Below, piece after piece: positions 9,536 through 20,275 of a stretch of 64,000 nt of DNA; positions within the stretch are counted from its first letter, which is position 1, and each line of letters begins with the position of its first letter. Made by a program: the position numbers and the translations under genes. The stretch is taken from contig JAYTOU010000093.1 of NCBI GenBank assembly GCA_043747615.1, positions 41,339 to 105,338 of the forward strand, given 5' to 3'. The DNA is from Myxococcales bacterium. Its GTDB lineage: Bacteria; Myxococcota_A; Polyangia; Polyangiales; Polyangiaceae. Below the pieces are notes generated by a model. It had not been told where the DNA came from, did not search any database, and saw only the letters and a list, made by a program, of their open reading frames with translations.

Positions 9536-9628
9536 CCCCCAATCATATAAGGTAAGGAGGGACCGCGCTCGTTTTTGGATAGAAGGCCGACGATTACGCC
9601 TTTTTTGGCGCTTTGGACGAGGTTTTGA

Positions 9629-10069
9629 ATGACCGATCTCAAACGGGTGGGCCCCGCGGACGCGCACACGCTCGTCACGGGAGAGGGTTACGTTTATGTC
9701 GACGTCCGAAGCGAAGTTGAGTTTGCAGGCGGGCATCCTGCGGATGCGCTCAACGTTCCCTTCTTGCTGATGGGTGACAGCGGCCTCGTTCCGAACGCCG
9801 ACTTTCTCGAGGTGATGGACGGCGCGTTTGCGAAGGACGCAAAGCTCATCCTCGGATGCAAGGGGGGCAATCGCTCTCTCCGCGCCGCGAAAGCCCTGAG
9901 CGCCGCAGGCTTCACGGACATCGTCGATCAGCTCGCCGGGTGGGACGGCGCGCGCGACGAGTTCGGGCAAATGAGCGACCCTGGTTGGTCGAGGCTCGCG
10001 CTTCCGACCGAGCACGGCGAACCCGCCGATCGCTCGTACGCCGCGCTGAGAAAAAAAACGAAAACCTGA
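9629..10069 (+). CDS. Rhodanese-like domain protein
   Basis: DVRSEVEFAGGHP, active-site loop CKGGNRS, LAGWDG. Confidence 0.9.
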   Translation: MTDLKRVGPADAHTLVTGEGYVYVDVRSEVEFAGGHPADALNVPFLLMGDSGLVPNADFLEVMDGAFAKDAKLILGCKGGNRSLRAAKALSAAGFTDIVDQLAGWDGARDEFGQMSDPGWSRLALPTEHGEPADRSYAALRKKTKT

Positions 10070-10109
10070 GCCGCGTGTGTCCGCGACGGCACGCCCTTCG
10101 TATGGGCGT

Positions 10110-10700
10110 TCAGGGAGCCTTTGCGGCGCGGTCGTAGTCGTCGGCCGCGGCATTGACCACCGCGAGATCGCGCGACGCTCGTTCGCTTTCGGCGATCAGC
10201 GCGGCGGTGAAGATCGTGAGGCCCCAGATCTGGTTGTCGCGTACGTGAAACGGGTAACGCGTGCCTCGGGCGGTGACGACGGTGGCGCGGTCGCCTGAGA
10301 TCTCGGTGGCCACAACGCCCGACAGATCTTTTCGTAGGCGCACGACCCAGCCTTTGCGCGTGGCGAAGAGCGCGAAGACGTCGGGACCATCGGCGGCAGA
10401 GGCTTCTTCTGCGTAGGCTGCGAGCAGACGCGATCGCTCGGGCTCCGGGTAGCTCGCCTTGATGCGCGTGCAGGCCTTGGCGCGCTCGTCTCGAATGGTG
10501 AACGCGGCCCACTGCGCGTCCGTCTCCAAATAGGGGAAAATAGCCTCGATTTTCCCCTCGCTGATGCTCTTCGCGATGCGCATGTACGCGCCTTCGGGCG
10601 TGCGATCCGACGGATACGGACGGTACAGTAGAGCGAAGCCGAGCGCGGCGAGCGCCAGGAATGCAACCAGAACGAGCCATCGTTTTCGCATGCTTCGCAC
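10110..10700 (-). CDS. Hypothetical membrane-anchored protein
   Basis: N-terminal TM helix after RKRW; start is either GTG 10700 or ATG 10691. Confidence 0.7.
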   Translation of the reverse strand: MRSMRKRWLVLVAFLALAALGFALLYRPYPSDRTPEGAYMRIAKSISEGKIEAIFPYLETDAQWAAFTIRDERAKACTRIKASYPEPERSRLLAAYAEEASAADGPDVFALFATRKGWVVRLRKDLSGVVATEISGDRATVVTARGTRYPFHVRDNQIWGLTIFTAALIAESERASRDLAVVNAAADDYDRAAKAP

Positions 10701-10720
10701 GCGTGATACTACACGCCGCC

Positions 10721-11449
10721 ATGCTCGAAGGCGCACGCGTCATCGCCGTCGTCCCCGCGTTCGAGGAAGCAGAGCGGATTGCCCGAGTGGTCTCGTCCAT
10801 GCCCGCATGCGTCGATCACATCCTTGTCGTAGACGACGCCAGCCGCGACGAAACTTCCGTGCGTGCGTGCGCTGTCCGCGACCCCCGTCTCGAAGTCATC
10901 GTCCACGAAAAAAACTTGGGTGTCGGTGCGGCCATCGTCACTGGTTACCGCCGAGCCATGCAGCTCACGCGGCAGCCACGCGACGTGTTCGTGGTCATGG
11001 CGGGCGATGGACAAATGGATCCCCACGATCTCCCGCGGGTGGTCTCGCCGGTCGCTTCGGGGCGAGCGGGTTACGTGAAGGGAAACCGTTTCTCCTCCCC
11101 GGGCGCCTGGCGCGTGATGCCGCTCCAGAGGCGTGTCGGGGGTGAGATTTTCTCGCGCCTCACCTCGCGCGCCATCGGCGTTCCCATCTCCGACAGCCAG
11201 TGCGGCTACACGGCGATCTCCCGCGACGTTTGCGGAGCCCTTGATTTAGATGCGCTGTGGCCGCGCTACGGGTACCCGAACGATCTGCTCGCCAAGCTCG
11301 CGCGCGCAGGTGTGGTGATCGAAGAGGTCACCGTTCGGCCGATCTACGCGGGAGAAAAAAGTCACCTTCGGGTGTGGCACCTCGCGCGGATAGTGCACCT
11401 CGTGGGCCGCGCGTGGATCGAGCGAGCTAGGCGAGAGCGCGATCAATGA
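10721..11449 (+). CDS. Glycosyltransferase family 2 (DPM1-like)
   Basis: [35 protein letters not shown] motifs. Confidence 0.9.
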   Translation: MLEGARVIAVVPAFEEAERIARVVSSMPACVDHILVVDDASRDETSVRACAVRDPRLEVIVHEKNLGVGAAIVTGYRRAMQLTRQPRDVFVVMAGDGQMDPHDLPRVVSPVASGRAGYVKGNRFSSPGAWRVMPLQRRVGGEIFSRLTSRAIGVPISDSQCGYTAISRDVCGALDLDALWPRYGYPNDLLAKLARAGVVIEEVTVRPIYAGEKSHLRVWHLARIVHLVGRAWIERARRERDQ

Positions 11450-12722
11450 TCGAGGGAACATGAGCAAGGGCGTGGCCGAGGTCGAAGCAAGCGCCCAGCT
11501 TTTCTGCGCTGAGCCGCTTGGTGACGTCGCCGTCGTTCGCGAGGTTGTCCCGAAACTTTCCATTGCCGCCCCACGCCTTCATCGCGTTGCGCTGGACGAG
11601 CACGTACGCCTCCTGGCGGGGCATCCCGGCGTCGACGAGTGCGAGGAGCACGCCCTCCGAGAAATAAAGCTCTTCGGCGCGATCGATGTTTCGCTTTAGG
11701 TGCTCGGGATAAACCACCAACCCTTCCACGAGAGAAGCGGCGCGATCGAGCATCAACGCAAGGATGCTCGTCGCGTCGGGAGCAATCATCCGCTCGACCG
11801 ACGAATGCGAGATGTCGCGCTCGTGCCACAAGGAGACGTTCTCGAGGGCCGGCACCACCGCCGCACGCACCACGCGCGCGAGGCCGCACAGGTTCTCGCT
11901 GAGAATGGGATTTCGTTTGTGAGGCATCGCGCTCGAGCCTTTCTGCCCGACCGTGAAGGGCTCCTCCGCCTCCGCCACCTCGGAGCGCTGCCAATGGCGA
12001 ACGTTCGTCGCGAAGCGCTCGATACCTGCCGCGAGGAGCGCGAGGGCTGCGAAAAATGCCGCGTGCCGATCGCGCGCCACGATCTGGGTGGCGACCGTTT
12101 CTCGCTCGAGACCGAGCATACCGAGCGCGCGCTGTTCGATCTCCGGAGAAAGGTGCGCGTAGGTACCGACGGCGCCCGCGATTTTTCCGACCGCGATCTC
12201 GCGCTTGGCGGCTTCCAAGCGTGCTTTTCCGCGGGAGATCTCGGCATGGTGCCCGGCGAGCGCAAGGCCGAAGGTGGTCGGCTCGGCGAAGATTCCGTGG
12301 CTCCTTCCGATCATCGGTGTCGTCGCGAACTCGCGCGCGCGCTTCGCGAAGCCGGCGAGGAGACGATCGCAGCGCACGAGGAGAAGACTCGCTGCATCGC
12401 GCAACAGAATGGCGAGCGCCGAATCGAGCACGTCACTCGAGGTCATGCCCCGATGGAGAAACCGCGCGTCGATCCCCGCGAGCTCTTCCACGTGAGTGAG
12501 AAACGCTATGACGTCGTGCTTGGTCGTCTTCTCGATCTCGTCGATTCGCGCGGCATCGAGCTGGAGCTTCTTGTCGCGAATGCGCGCCGCAATCCCGGTG
12601 GGCACGAGGCCCGCTTCTTCCATCGCAGCACATGCCGCGAGCTCGACCTCGAGCCAGCACTCGAAGCGCCGCTCGGGTGACCAAAGAACAGCAAAGTCAG
12701 ACGGCGTGTAACGAGGAATCAT
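11427..12722 (-). CDS. purB: Adenylosuccinate lyase
   Basis: MIPRY N-terminus, [13 protein letters not shown], fumarate-lyase signature [23 protein letters not shown]. Confidence 0.97.
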   Translation of the reverse strand: MIPRYTPSDFAVLWSPERRFECWLEVELAACAAMEEAGLVPTGIAARIRDKKLQLDAARIDEIEKTTKHDVIAFLTHVEELAGIDARFLHRGMTSSDVLDSALAILLRDAASLLLVRCDRLLAGFAKRAREFATTPMIGRSHGIFAEPTTFGLALAGHHAEISRGKARLEAAKREIAVGKIAGAVGTYAHLSPEIEQRALGMLGLERETVATQIVARDRHAAFFAALALLAAGIERFATNVRHWQRSEVAEAEEPFTVGQKGSSAMPHKRNPILSENLCGLARVVRAAVVPALENVSLWHERDISHSSVERMIAPDATSILALMLDRAASLVEGLVVYPEHLKRNIDRAEELYFSEGVLLALVDAGMPRQEAYVLVQRNAMKAWGGNGKFRDNLANDGDVTKRLSAEKLGACFDLGHALAHVPSIIDRALA

Positions 12723-12869
12723 GGGGTTTTCTACATCTACCCACTCATTGCAAAGTGCAAGACTGCTCGTAGTCTTTTATGTGTTTCGCAGGCCGCGCTC
12801 CGATTCTCTCGGACGTGCGTCGGCCTTCGGGGCTCCTCAGCCACGGCGGGCGCGGTCGCTAGGCCAAGG

Positions 12870-15053
12870 CTAATTTTTGTAGAAGCGTTCGTTCTTCTTC
12901 GCCATGTCGACGAGCACGGGCGCGGGCGTCCATCTCTTGCCGAAGCGATCGAAGTAACCCTGGACGCGCCGGAGCACTTCCGACGCGCCGATGGTGTCGA
13001 CGTACCGGAAGGGCCCTCCGCGGAACGGAGGAAATCCGAGGCCGAAGATCGCGCCGATGTCGCCGTCGCGTGGGCTGCGCAGAAGCCCTTCGCCGTAGCA
13101 AAGGAGCGCTTCGTTCACGAACTGTAGTGAGCAGCGCATCTGAATCTCTTCGACCGGCAGCTTCGCTTTGGGCTCGATTCCCAGCGTCTTGTAGATGCTG
13201 ACGTCGACCTCCTTCTTCCCCTTCTTGGCGTTCTGTCCGTAGAGGTAGAAGCCGCGCTCGTTCTTGCGACCCTTGCGGTTGTCGGCGACGAGCTTGGAAA
13301 TCGTCGGAGGAGGGGTGAGGCGTTCACCGAACTCGGCGACCATGATCGGGCCGACGTGAGCGGCGACGTCGATGCCCACTTCGTCGAGGAGGGTGATCGG
13401 ACCGACCGGCCAGCCCCAGTCGACCAGCGCCTTGTCGATCACCTCGATGGGGGCGCCTTCGGTGAGGATGTACGAAGCCTCGTTCATGTACGGACCGAGG
13501 ATGCGGCTGGTGTAGAAGCCGACGCCGTCCTTCACCACGATGACGGTTTTGCCCTGCTTTTTCCCGAGTGCGACGGCAGCAGCGATGACGTGCGGCGCGG
13601 TCTTATCGGTACGAATCACTTCGAGGAGCGGCATCTTGTGAACGGGGCTGAAGTAATGCATTCCCACGACGTTCTCGGGGCGCTTCGAGGCCTCGGCGAT
13701 CTTCGTGATCGGGATCGAGGAGGTGTTGGAGGCGAAGATGCAGCTCGGCTTGGAGACCTTCTCCACGTCCCTCACCACGTTTTGCTTGAGGGTGAGATCT
13801 TCGAATACGGCTTCGATGACGATGTCCGCGCTGTGGACCCCCGAGTAGTCGGTGGTGGCCGTGAGGCGGGCGAACGTCTGGTCGCGCTCTTCTCTGGTGA
13901 GCTGCTTTTTCTTCACGCGCTCGTCGAGAATCTCGCGCACGTACTTCAGACCGCGACCGACGCCGGCGTCGTCCCTGTCCTTCAGGCGCACCGGAATGCC
14001 CGCGTTCATCGTGACGTAGGCGATGCCGCCGCCCATGAGGCCGCCGCCGAGCATGACCACGCGCTCGGGGAGAGCGCCCTTTACGCTGGGATCGTCGGTG
14101 CCGTTGTCCTTCTTCAGCGCGGTCGTGGCGAAGAAGATCTCGATGAGACGATTGGAGGTCTCGCTGACCACGAGCTCACCGAAGAATTTGCCTTCCTGCT
14201 CCGCCGCAGCATCAAACCCGCGGTTTCCAAAGGTCTCGAGGACGTCGATGATCCGCTCCGTCGCCGGATAATGACCCCGCGTCTTTTTGCGTGTGGCCTC
14301 GCGCGCCTTCTTAAAGAGGAGCTTGCGTCCGGCAGGATTTTTCTCGAGCGCGAACGTGGTGAGATTGGCCACGAAGTTTCCCTGCTTCTTCGGGGGGGTC
14401 ACGCCGTTCGCGATGCGATCCCTAACCATCTTGGTCGCGACCTGGAGGAGCACCGGGGCTGGGCACACCTCGTCGATCAAGCCGAGCTTCTTCGCTTTGG
14501 CGGCGCGGGTATTTTTTCCCGTGAGTCCGAGGTCGAGCGCGGTCTGGAGGCCGGAGCGTTCTGCTACGCGAAGGAGGCCGTTGGCGCCGGGAATCAGACC
14601 GAGCTGCACTTCGGGAAGACCGAGCTGCGTCTTCTTGTCGTCGGTGGCGACGATCGCATGGCAGGCGAGCGCGAGCTCGAATCCGCCCCCGAGCGCCTGG
14701 CCGTTGATCGCCGCGATGATCGGTTTTTTCAGGTGTTTGATGCGGGCAAGTCCCTTCGCGAGCTCTCGCGACATCCGCTCGGCATCGGCGGCAAGCTTGA
14801 TGGACGTGAGCATCTCGATGTTGGCGCCGACGACGAAATCTTTTTTTCCGCTGGTGATGATCGCGCCCTTGATTTCGGGGTCCTTCTCGACGCGATCGAG
14901 CGCGGCGGCAAACTCCTCGCCGAAGCCGAGCGTGATGGTGTTCAGTGCCTCGCTCGGATCGTCGATGGTGACGATCGCGATCCCGTCGCGCACCTCGGTG
15001 GAGATGATCTTCTTGCCTATGCTCTTGCCGCTCACTGCCGCTGACGTGCTCAT
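12870..15053 (-). CDS. fadJ: Fatty acid oxidation complex alpha subunit (enoyl-CoA hydratase/3-hydroxyacyl-CoA dehydrogenase)
   Basis: Crotonase domain ([20 protein letters not shown]), Rossmann [36 protein letters not shown] 15053 overlaps the fadI stop. Confidence 0.95.
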   Translation of the reverse strand: MSTSAAVSGKSIGKKIISTEVRDGIAIVTIDDPSEALNTITLGFGEEFAAALDRVEKDPEIKGAIITSGKKDFVVGANIEMLTSIKLAADAERMSRELAKGLARIKHLKKPIIAAINGQALGGGFELALACHAIVATDDKKTQLGLPEVQLGLIPGANGLLRVAERSGLQTALDLGLTGKNTRAAKAKKLGLIDEVCPAPVLLQVATKMVRDRIANGVTPPKKQGNFVANLTTFALEKNPAGRKLLFKKAREATRKKTRGHYPATERIIDVLETFGNRGFDAAAEQEGKFFGELVVSETSNRLIEIFFATTALKKDNGTDDPSVKGALPERVVMLGGGLMGGGIAYVTMNAGIPVRLKDRDDAGVGRGLKYVREILDERVKKKQLTREERDQTFARLTATTDYSGVHSADIVIEAVFEDLTLKQNVVRDVEKVSKPSCIFASNTSSIPITKIAEASKRPENVVGMHYFSPVHKMPLLEVIRTDKTAPHVIAAAVALGKKQGKTVIVVKDGVGFYTSRILGPYMNEASYILTEGAPIEVIDKALVDWGWPVGPITLLDEVGIDVAAHVGPIMVAEFGERLTPPPTISKLVADNRKGRKNERGFYLYGQNAKKGKKEVDVSIYKTLGIEPKAKLPVEEIQMRCSLQFVNEALLCYGEGLLRSPRDGDIGAIFGLGFPPFRGGPFRYVDTIGASEVLRRVQGYFDRFGKRWTPAPVLVDMAKKNERFYKN

Positions 15054-16375
15054 TCGCCCACCTCCAACACCATTGCTGCGCCCAAACCGCCGGCTGCACA
15101 CGCCGTAGCGAGGCCAAATTGGCCGCCGCGTCGTTTCAGCTCGTGAAGCACCGTCGTCACCATCCGCGCGCCGGTGGCCGCGAAAGGATGACCGATGGAG
15201 AGCGAGCCGCCGTGAACGTTGAATTTGCTGTCGTCGATTTCGCCGATGGCCTCGCTCCGCCCGAGCTTTTCTTCGGCGAACTTCTTGGAGGCGAACGCGT
15301 TCGTGTTGCAGAGGACCTGCGCGGCAAAGGCCTCGTGCATGTCGATCAGATCCATGTCTTTGAGCTTCAACCCAGCGCGATCGAGCGCCATGGGCGTTGC
15401 GTAGCTCGGGCCCATGAGCATCCATCCATTCGGATCGAGCGCGGCGTACGCCCAGGAGCGGAGGTAGCCGAGCGGCTTGTAGCCGAGGGCCTTCGCCTTC
15501 GACTCGGTCATCAAGATGAGCGCACTGGCGCCGTCGGTGAGGGGAGACGAGTTGCCGGCGGTGACCGTGCCGAACCGGCGATCGAAAACCGGCTTCAGCT
15601 TGGCGTAGCCCTCGACGGTCGAATCCTTGCGGACGTTGTTGTCTTCGGCGATGGGAGCGTCGTAGCGCGGTGCGGGGACTACGTGCATCACCTCTTGTTC
15701 GAACACGCCGGACTTCCAGGCTTCGGCCGCCTTGGTGTGGCTGCGGTTGGCGAACACGTCTTGGGCTTCGCGGCTGATGCCCGCTTCTTTCGCCATTTTT
15801 TCAGCGCTTTCGCCCATGGTCAGGCCGGTGGTCGGCTCTTTCAAGGCCGGCGGGACGGGGATGAAATCACGCGGTGAAAGCTTGCTGAAGATCTTGATCT
15901 TGCCGCCGACGGTCTTCGCCTTCGAGACGTCGACGAGTGCATTCGCGAGGCGTTTGGAGACGGAGATCGGTACGTCGCTCGCGCTGTCTGCGCCGCCGGT
16001 GATCGCCACGTCGTGTTGACCGGCGAGCATGGCTTCGGCTGCACTGGTCATGGACTGGAACGACGTCGCGCACGCGCGGCTCACGCTGAAGGCTTCGATG
16101 GTCTTGGGGATCGCTGTCCCGAGCACGATCTCGCGGGCGATGTTCGGCGCACTCAGGGACGGCACCACCTGGCCGTACACGCAGAGGCCGATCTCTTTCG
16201 GATTGAGCTCACTTCGCGCCAGGATCTCCGAGACCACCGTCCTGCCGAGATCGAGCGCGCTCATGTCGCGGTAGGCCGTTCCCGATTTCGCAAACGGGGT
16301 GCGGAGCCCCGCGACGATGGCGATCCGCTCGCCCGACTTCTGTTTCCCGTTGCCGTTGCCGTTGGTCTTGGCCAT
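15050..16375 (-). CDS. fadI: 3-ketoacyl-CoA thiolase
   Basis: RTPF, catalytic Cys in [37 protein letters not shown] before ATG 16375. Confidence 0.95.
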   Translation of the reverse strand: MAKTNGNGNGKQKSGERIAIVAGLRTPFAKSGTAYRDMSALDLGRTVVSEILARSELNPKEIGLCVYGQVVPSLSAPNIAREIVLGTAIPKTIEAFSVSRACATSFQSMTSAAEAMLAGQHDVAITGGADSASDVPISVSKRLANALVDVSKAKTVGGKIKIFSKLSPRDFIPVPPALKEPTTGLTMGESAEKMAKEAGISREAQDVFANRSHTKAAEAWKSGVFEQEVMHVVPAPRYDAPIAEDNNVRKDSTVEGYAKLKPVFDRRFGTVTAGNSSPLTDGASALILMTESKAKALGYKPLGYLRSWAYAALDPNGWMLMGPSYATPMALDRAGLKLKDMDLIDMHEAFAAQVLCNTNAFASKKFAEEKLGRSEAIGEIDDSKFNVHGGSLSIGHPFAATGARMVTTVLHELKRRGGQFGLATACAAGGLGAAMVLEVGE

Positions 16376-16464
16376 GGAGGTAGCTCCTTCGTAATTCTTG
16401 TCAGCCCGTACGTAGTCCATCTCGGAGGATGAGACACGAGGGAATGAATGACGGTTCAGTTGTC

Positions 16465-16493
16465 ACCCTGGATCCCGTGACGCGTTGTGTCAA
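16465..16493 (-). promoter_or_regulatory. Putative sigma70 promoter of fadIJ
   Basis: Minus strand TTGACA (16493-16488), 17-nt spacer, CAGGGT (16470-16465). Confidence 0.55.
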
Positions 16494-16588
16494 GCGCTGG
16501 ATTTCCAGCAGCAGGGAGGGGGGTTTTGGGCGCCGGCGCGAAGCTGTGCTAATCGCTGTCCCCTCTTTCGGCGAAAGGTGCTGTCCCG

Positions 16589-17026
16589 ATGTCCACGCTT
16601 TCCGAAGTTCTCAACGGCGACAAGAAGGCCCTGGTGGTCGAGGATTGCCTCGCGCTCATCGATGCGGAGGTCAAGGACAAGTCGGGCATCTCGGGGCTCG
16701 CCATCAAAGCCGGCTACGGCGCGGTCAAAGGGGTAAAGCCTGGCTTCATCAAGCAAGCGGTGACCGACCTTCTCCCCGAGTTCGCGAAAGCGCTCCAACC
16801 GCTCCACGACGAAGCAGTGACCGAGAAGAAGCCGGTAGCGGATTTCTTCGCCTCGAACAGCGGAAGAGTCGCGGACGCGCTCCTCGCTATCACCGACGCC
16901 AAGGCCGCGCGCTCGAAGAGCGGCGTCGTCAAAGGGACGTACGAGAAGCTCCGCGGTACCGCCAAAAAGAACGTCGAGGCGGCGGTGCCGCGGCTCGGAC
17001 GGATGATCGAGAAGCACGCCGGCTGA
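16589..17026 (+). CDS. Conserved hypothetical protein (DUF6918-like)
   Basis: GAAAGG RBS; 'LIDAEVKDKSGISGLAIKAGYGAVK..KPG' resembles the family as I recall it. Confidence 0.7.
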   Translation: MSTLSEVLNGDKKALVVEDCLALIDAEVKDKSGISGLAIKAGYGAVKGVKPGFIKQAVTDLLPEFAKALQPLHDEAVTEKKPVADFFASNSGRVADALLAITDAKAARSKSGVVKGTYEKLRGTAKKNVEAAVPRLGRMIEKHAG

Positions 17027-17058
17027 ACGTCGGACACCCCACGAGGCTCGACGAAACG

Positions 17059-17751
17059 ATGGCGCGCATCCTCGTCATCGACGACGACGCCTCACTGCTC
17101 GACGCGCTTTCGATCGCGTTCGAGAGCGCGGGCCATACCGTTCTCCTGGCGAAGGACGGCGTCGAGGGTCACGAGGTGATCCGCCGGGAAAGACCGGAGA
17201 CGGTCGTCTCCGATGTGAACATGCCCGGGCTCGACGGATTCTCGCTGTGTCGCCGTCTCCGCGAGGAAGGAAATCACGTTCCTTTCATCTTGTTGACCTC
17301 ACGCGACAACGACATCGACGAGACGCTCGGGCTCGAGCTCGGTGCAGATGACTACATCGCCAAGCCATTCAGTGTCCGGGTGCTTCTGGCGCGAGTGGTG
17401 TCGCTCCTACGACGCGATGCCCTCCGTGCGGGCGCGAAGAGTGAGAGCCCGCTGGTGGTGGAGGACCTCGAGCTCTTTCGCGATCGGCTGGAGGTGCGCT
17501 ACCGCTCTCAGCCCATCCGGGTGACGGTGACGGAGTTCCGCCTGGTCGAGGCGCTCATTCGAAGGCCCGGAACCGTGCACTCGCGCGAGCAGCTTCTCGA
17601 AACGGTGCGCGGCGATTCGTTCGTCGTCGATCGCATCATCGATACCTACGTGCGTCGTTTGCGCCGTAAATTCGAGGCCATCGACGCAACCTTCGACAAG
17701 ATCGAGACCGTCGTCGGGGCGGGGTATCGCTGGAGAGATCGTGGCAGCTGA
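17059..17751 (+). CDS. OmpR-family response regulator (ChvI/CreB-like)
   Basis: Receiver motifs VIDDD, DVNMP, GADDYIAKPF; winged helix 'TVTEFRL...DRIIDTYVRRLRRKF...IETVVGAGYRW'. Confidence 0.93.
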   Translation: MARILVIDDDASLLDALSIAFESAGHTVLLAKDGVEGHEVIRRERPETVVSDVNMPGLDGFSLCRRLREEGNHVPFILLTSRDNDIDETLGLELGADDYIAKPFSVRVLLARVVSLLRRDALRAGAKSESPLVVEDLELFRDRLEVRYRSQPIRVTVTEFRLVEALIRRPGTVHSREQLLETVRGDSFVVDRIIDTYVRRLRRKFEAIDATFDKIETVVGAGYRWRDRGS

Positions 17752-19213
17752 GCGAACGCCAATCCGTCACTCGCTCCGGGTGAAGGTCTTTGCGGTGACG
17801 CTGGCCGTCTCCGTAGCTCCTCAGCTCTTCGTCTTCGCCTGGAGCAAGATGGAGCGAAACATCGCCGGGACCATGCAGGCGAACGCGATCCGCGCGGCCG
17901 ACGAGACGGTCGAGGCCTTGACCCGGCGGCGGGAAGCGGCGGCGAAGGATGCGCCTCCCCTCGAAGGCGCGCTCGACGACGTCGCCCGGCTGCATGTGGT
18001 GCGCGTGAGGCTGATGAGCGACCACGGGCGCATGTACGCCGACGTGGATCGCGACAATGACTTCGACCTCGTCCACCAGATCGGAACGCTCTTCTTCGGG
18101 CCAGACGGAGCGCCGACGCTGCGCGAATTCGATGCGAGCCTCGAGCCCTTGCTCGCTCGCCCGGAGGTGACGGAAGCGCGCGTGAAGGACATCTCGTCCG
18201 GATGCCGGACGTCGGCGGGCGCGAAGCTGCTGGTCTGCCACGCCGCTCGTTTCGTCGAGCACGGGGATGGCACCGACGACATCGTCTACGTGCAAGAGAG
18301 CTCGCGACGCGCCGTACGTGCGCTCTACGACCTTCGCTACCAGCTCGCTCGCCTCACGGTGATCACCGTCCCCGTAGCCCTCTTGCTCGCGTGGTGGATA
18401 TCGAAACGCATCGTCACTCCGATCGAGAAGCTTCGTCGCGAAGCTCTTAAAAAAGCCTCGTCCGCCAATCCGGAGGGAGCGCTCGTCCTCGAGGGAAGGG
18501 ACGAAGTGGCCGACCTCGCGCTCGCGTTCAACCGCCTTCTCGCGCAGCTCGGTGAGCGCGGTCTCGCCAACGAACGCTTCGTCGCCGACCTCGTGCACGA
18601 ATTCAAAAATCCGGTCGCGGCGATCCGCGTCTGCGCCGACACCCTCGGCGACGGTCCCATCGACGAAGCCAAGGGCGCGCGGATCGCTCGCGTCCTCAAG
18701 GACTCGAGCATTCGCCTGGACACGCTCGTCAGCCAATTTCTCGAGCTCGCCCGGGCCGAGGCCGGAATGCCGAACGAAGCGCGCAGCGAAGTCGATCTCG
18801 GCGCGCTCGCCGACGGCATCGTCGAGGCGATGCGGGTGCGTCATCCCGGCGTGCAGATCGACGTCGACCGCGACGAACGAGCAAGCGTGCTCGGCGTGTC
18901 GCATCGTCTCGACTCCGTGCTCCGGAATCTCGTCGAGAACGCGGTGTCCTTCGCTCCGGTCAGCGGGAGGGTGCACGTGGTCGTCAAGCGCGCCGCGGAC
19001 CACGTATTGGTCAGCGTGTCCGACAACGGCCCCGGCATCAGCGAAACGGAACGTCCCAAAGTCTTCACCCGCTTTTTCACGACCCGAGGACGCGGCAGCG
19101 GACTTGGCCTCGCCCTCGTGCGAGCGGTCGTCGAGGCCCACGGCGGAACCGTAAGCGTCCTGTCCCCGCCCGGAAAAGGCGCGACCTTCGAGCTACGAAT
19201 TCCCGCCGTGTGA
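17741..19213 (+). CDS. HAMP-domain sensor histidine kinase
   Basis: Two TM helices, HAMP, H-box HEFKNP, N-box NLVENA, DNGPGI, GSGLGL; overlaps the regulator gene. Confidence 0.93.
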   Translation: MAAERTPIRHSLRVKVFAVTLAVSVAPQLFVFAWSKMERNIAGTMQANAIRAADETVEALTRRREAAAKDAPPLEGALDDVARLHVVRVRLMSDHGRMYADVDRDNDFDLVHQIGTLFFGPDGAPTLREFDASLEPLLARPEVTEARVKDISSGCRTSAGAKLLVCHAARFVEHGDGTDDIVYVQESSRRAVRALYDLRYQLARLTVITVPVALLLAWWISKRIVTPIEKLRREALKKASSANPEGALVLEGRDEVADLALAFNRLLAQLGERGLANERFVADLVHEFKNPVAAIRVCADTLGDGPIDEAKGARIARVLKDSSIRLDTLVSQFLELARAEAGMPNEARSEVDLGALADGIVEAMRVRHPGVQIDVDRDERASVLGVSHRLDSVLRNLVENAVSFAPVSGRVHVVVKRAADHVLVSVSDNGPGISETERPKVFTRFFTTRGRGSGLGLALVRAVVEAHGGTVSVLSPPGKGATFELRIPAV

Positions 19214-19218
19214 GGCGC

Positions 19219-19812
19219 TCAGGCGGTGGGCTCGACTACGCCTGACACGAAGCACCTTCGGCACCGCGCTTCATAGGCCGCCGCGCCGCCGACGAAGAGT
19301 TGGCCTTCGCTCGCTACGAGCCGCTGCGATCGGCAAGCGTACGCCCCGCACGATGCGCAGACCGCGTGCAACTTGGTGACGTATTCGGCAATGGCCATCA
19401 GAGAGGGGATCGGTCCAAAGGGCTGCCCTCGGTAGTCTTGGTCGAGCCCCGCGACGATCACGCGGATCCCGCGATCGGCGAGAGTCTCGGACACGGCGAT
19501 GATGCGCTCGTCGAAGAACTGCACCTCGTCGATCCCCACGACGACGCTCTCGGAGTGCACGCAATCGAGGAGCTCCTGGGCGCTGCCCACAGGGTGAGCG
19601 TCGGCGTTGACCCCTTCGTGGGTGACCACCTTGACCGCGTCGTAGCGGTCGTCCACGCGCGGCTTGAAGAGCTGTACGCGCTGGCGGGCAAGCTTCGCGC
19701 GCTTGATGCGGCGGAGGAGCTCCTCGGTCTTTCCGCTGAACATCGAGCCGCACACGACCTCGATGCACCCGGTGCGCGGCCCGAATGCCAGATGCTCGCC
19801 ACTCAGCTCCAT
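19219..19812 (-). CDS. tdk: Thymidine kinase
   Basis: GSMFSGKTEEL, IDEVQF, AGLDQDYRGQPF, two CxxC Zn pairs, YEARCRRC. Confidence 0.96.
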   Translation of the reverse strand: MELSGEHLAFGPRTGCIEVVCGSMFSGKTEELLRRIKRAKLARQRVQLFKPRVDDRYDAVKVVTHEGVNADAHPVGSAQELLDCVHSESVVVGIDEVQFFDERIIAVSETLADRGIRVIVAGLDQDYRGQPFGPIPSLMAIAEYVTKLHAVCASCGAYACRSQRLVASEGQLFVGGAAAYEARCRRCFVSGVVEPTA

Positions 19813-19844
19813 GCCCTAGCGAGGCTTAGCCGAGTCGCGCCGGG

Positions 19845-20093
19845 CTAACCAGTGCCTTCCGCGAGCGCGTCTTCGCGGCCGCGGACTTCGAGACGGTAAC
19901 GGCTGTTGATCGTCTCGATGTAGAAGACTTCCCGTCCGGCGATGCGCAGTACGCGCTTTACGGGGGTGGTCACGTACTCGTGCATGCCGTCCGGGAACTC
20001 GATCACCACGACCGACCCCTTACGGGGCGCGCGAACCAAGCGGCCTGCGACGGCACGCGAGCCTTTGCCCAGCTTCCGAAGCACGACGTCCAC
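19845..20093 (-). CDS. Small hypothetical protein (82 aa, beta-rich)
   Basis: ORF fills the gap; TGcTAGATT box 6 nt before the GTG; GC-rich third codon positions. Confidence 0.7.
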   Translation of the reverse strand: MDVVLRKLGKGSRAVAGRLVRAPRKGSVVVIEFPDGMHEYVTTPVKRVLRIAGREVFYIETINSRYRLEVRGREDALAEGTG

Positions 20094-20275
20094 AGAAAGA
20101 ATCTAGCACCGTGGCCGCGCGCGTCTACTGCCGCAAAATAGGCTCTTTTGACGACATGACCCTTCACTTCTTGCGTCATCCATTGACGCACGGAGCTAGA
20201 AAGCGGCAATGTGCCGAAACCACGGGGGAAACAATCAACTCAGCGCGCCTCGGAAACGGGCCGCCAAGGGGAAAA

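Noticed and set aside
13356..15044. 562-aa ORF antisense to fadJ, and similar long antisense ORFs opposite ppk1, the RND permease, sdhA and the Omp85 gene
   Set aside because: These are mirror frames of well-supported genes, caused by stop-codon scarcity at high GC.
15054..15425. Long N-terminal extensions in the ORF track (fadJ, Clp, PBP, CPBP, regulator, MFP, Flp, HEAT)
   Set aside because: They overlap neighbouring genes; shorter starts have RBS, coupling or -10 support.
20200..20270. Possible c-di-GMP riboswitch or tRNA
   Set aside because: GNRA hairpins are present but I could not match the conserved cores; kept only as an unassigned structure.
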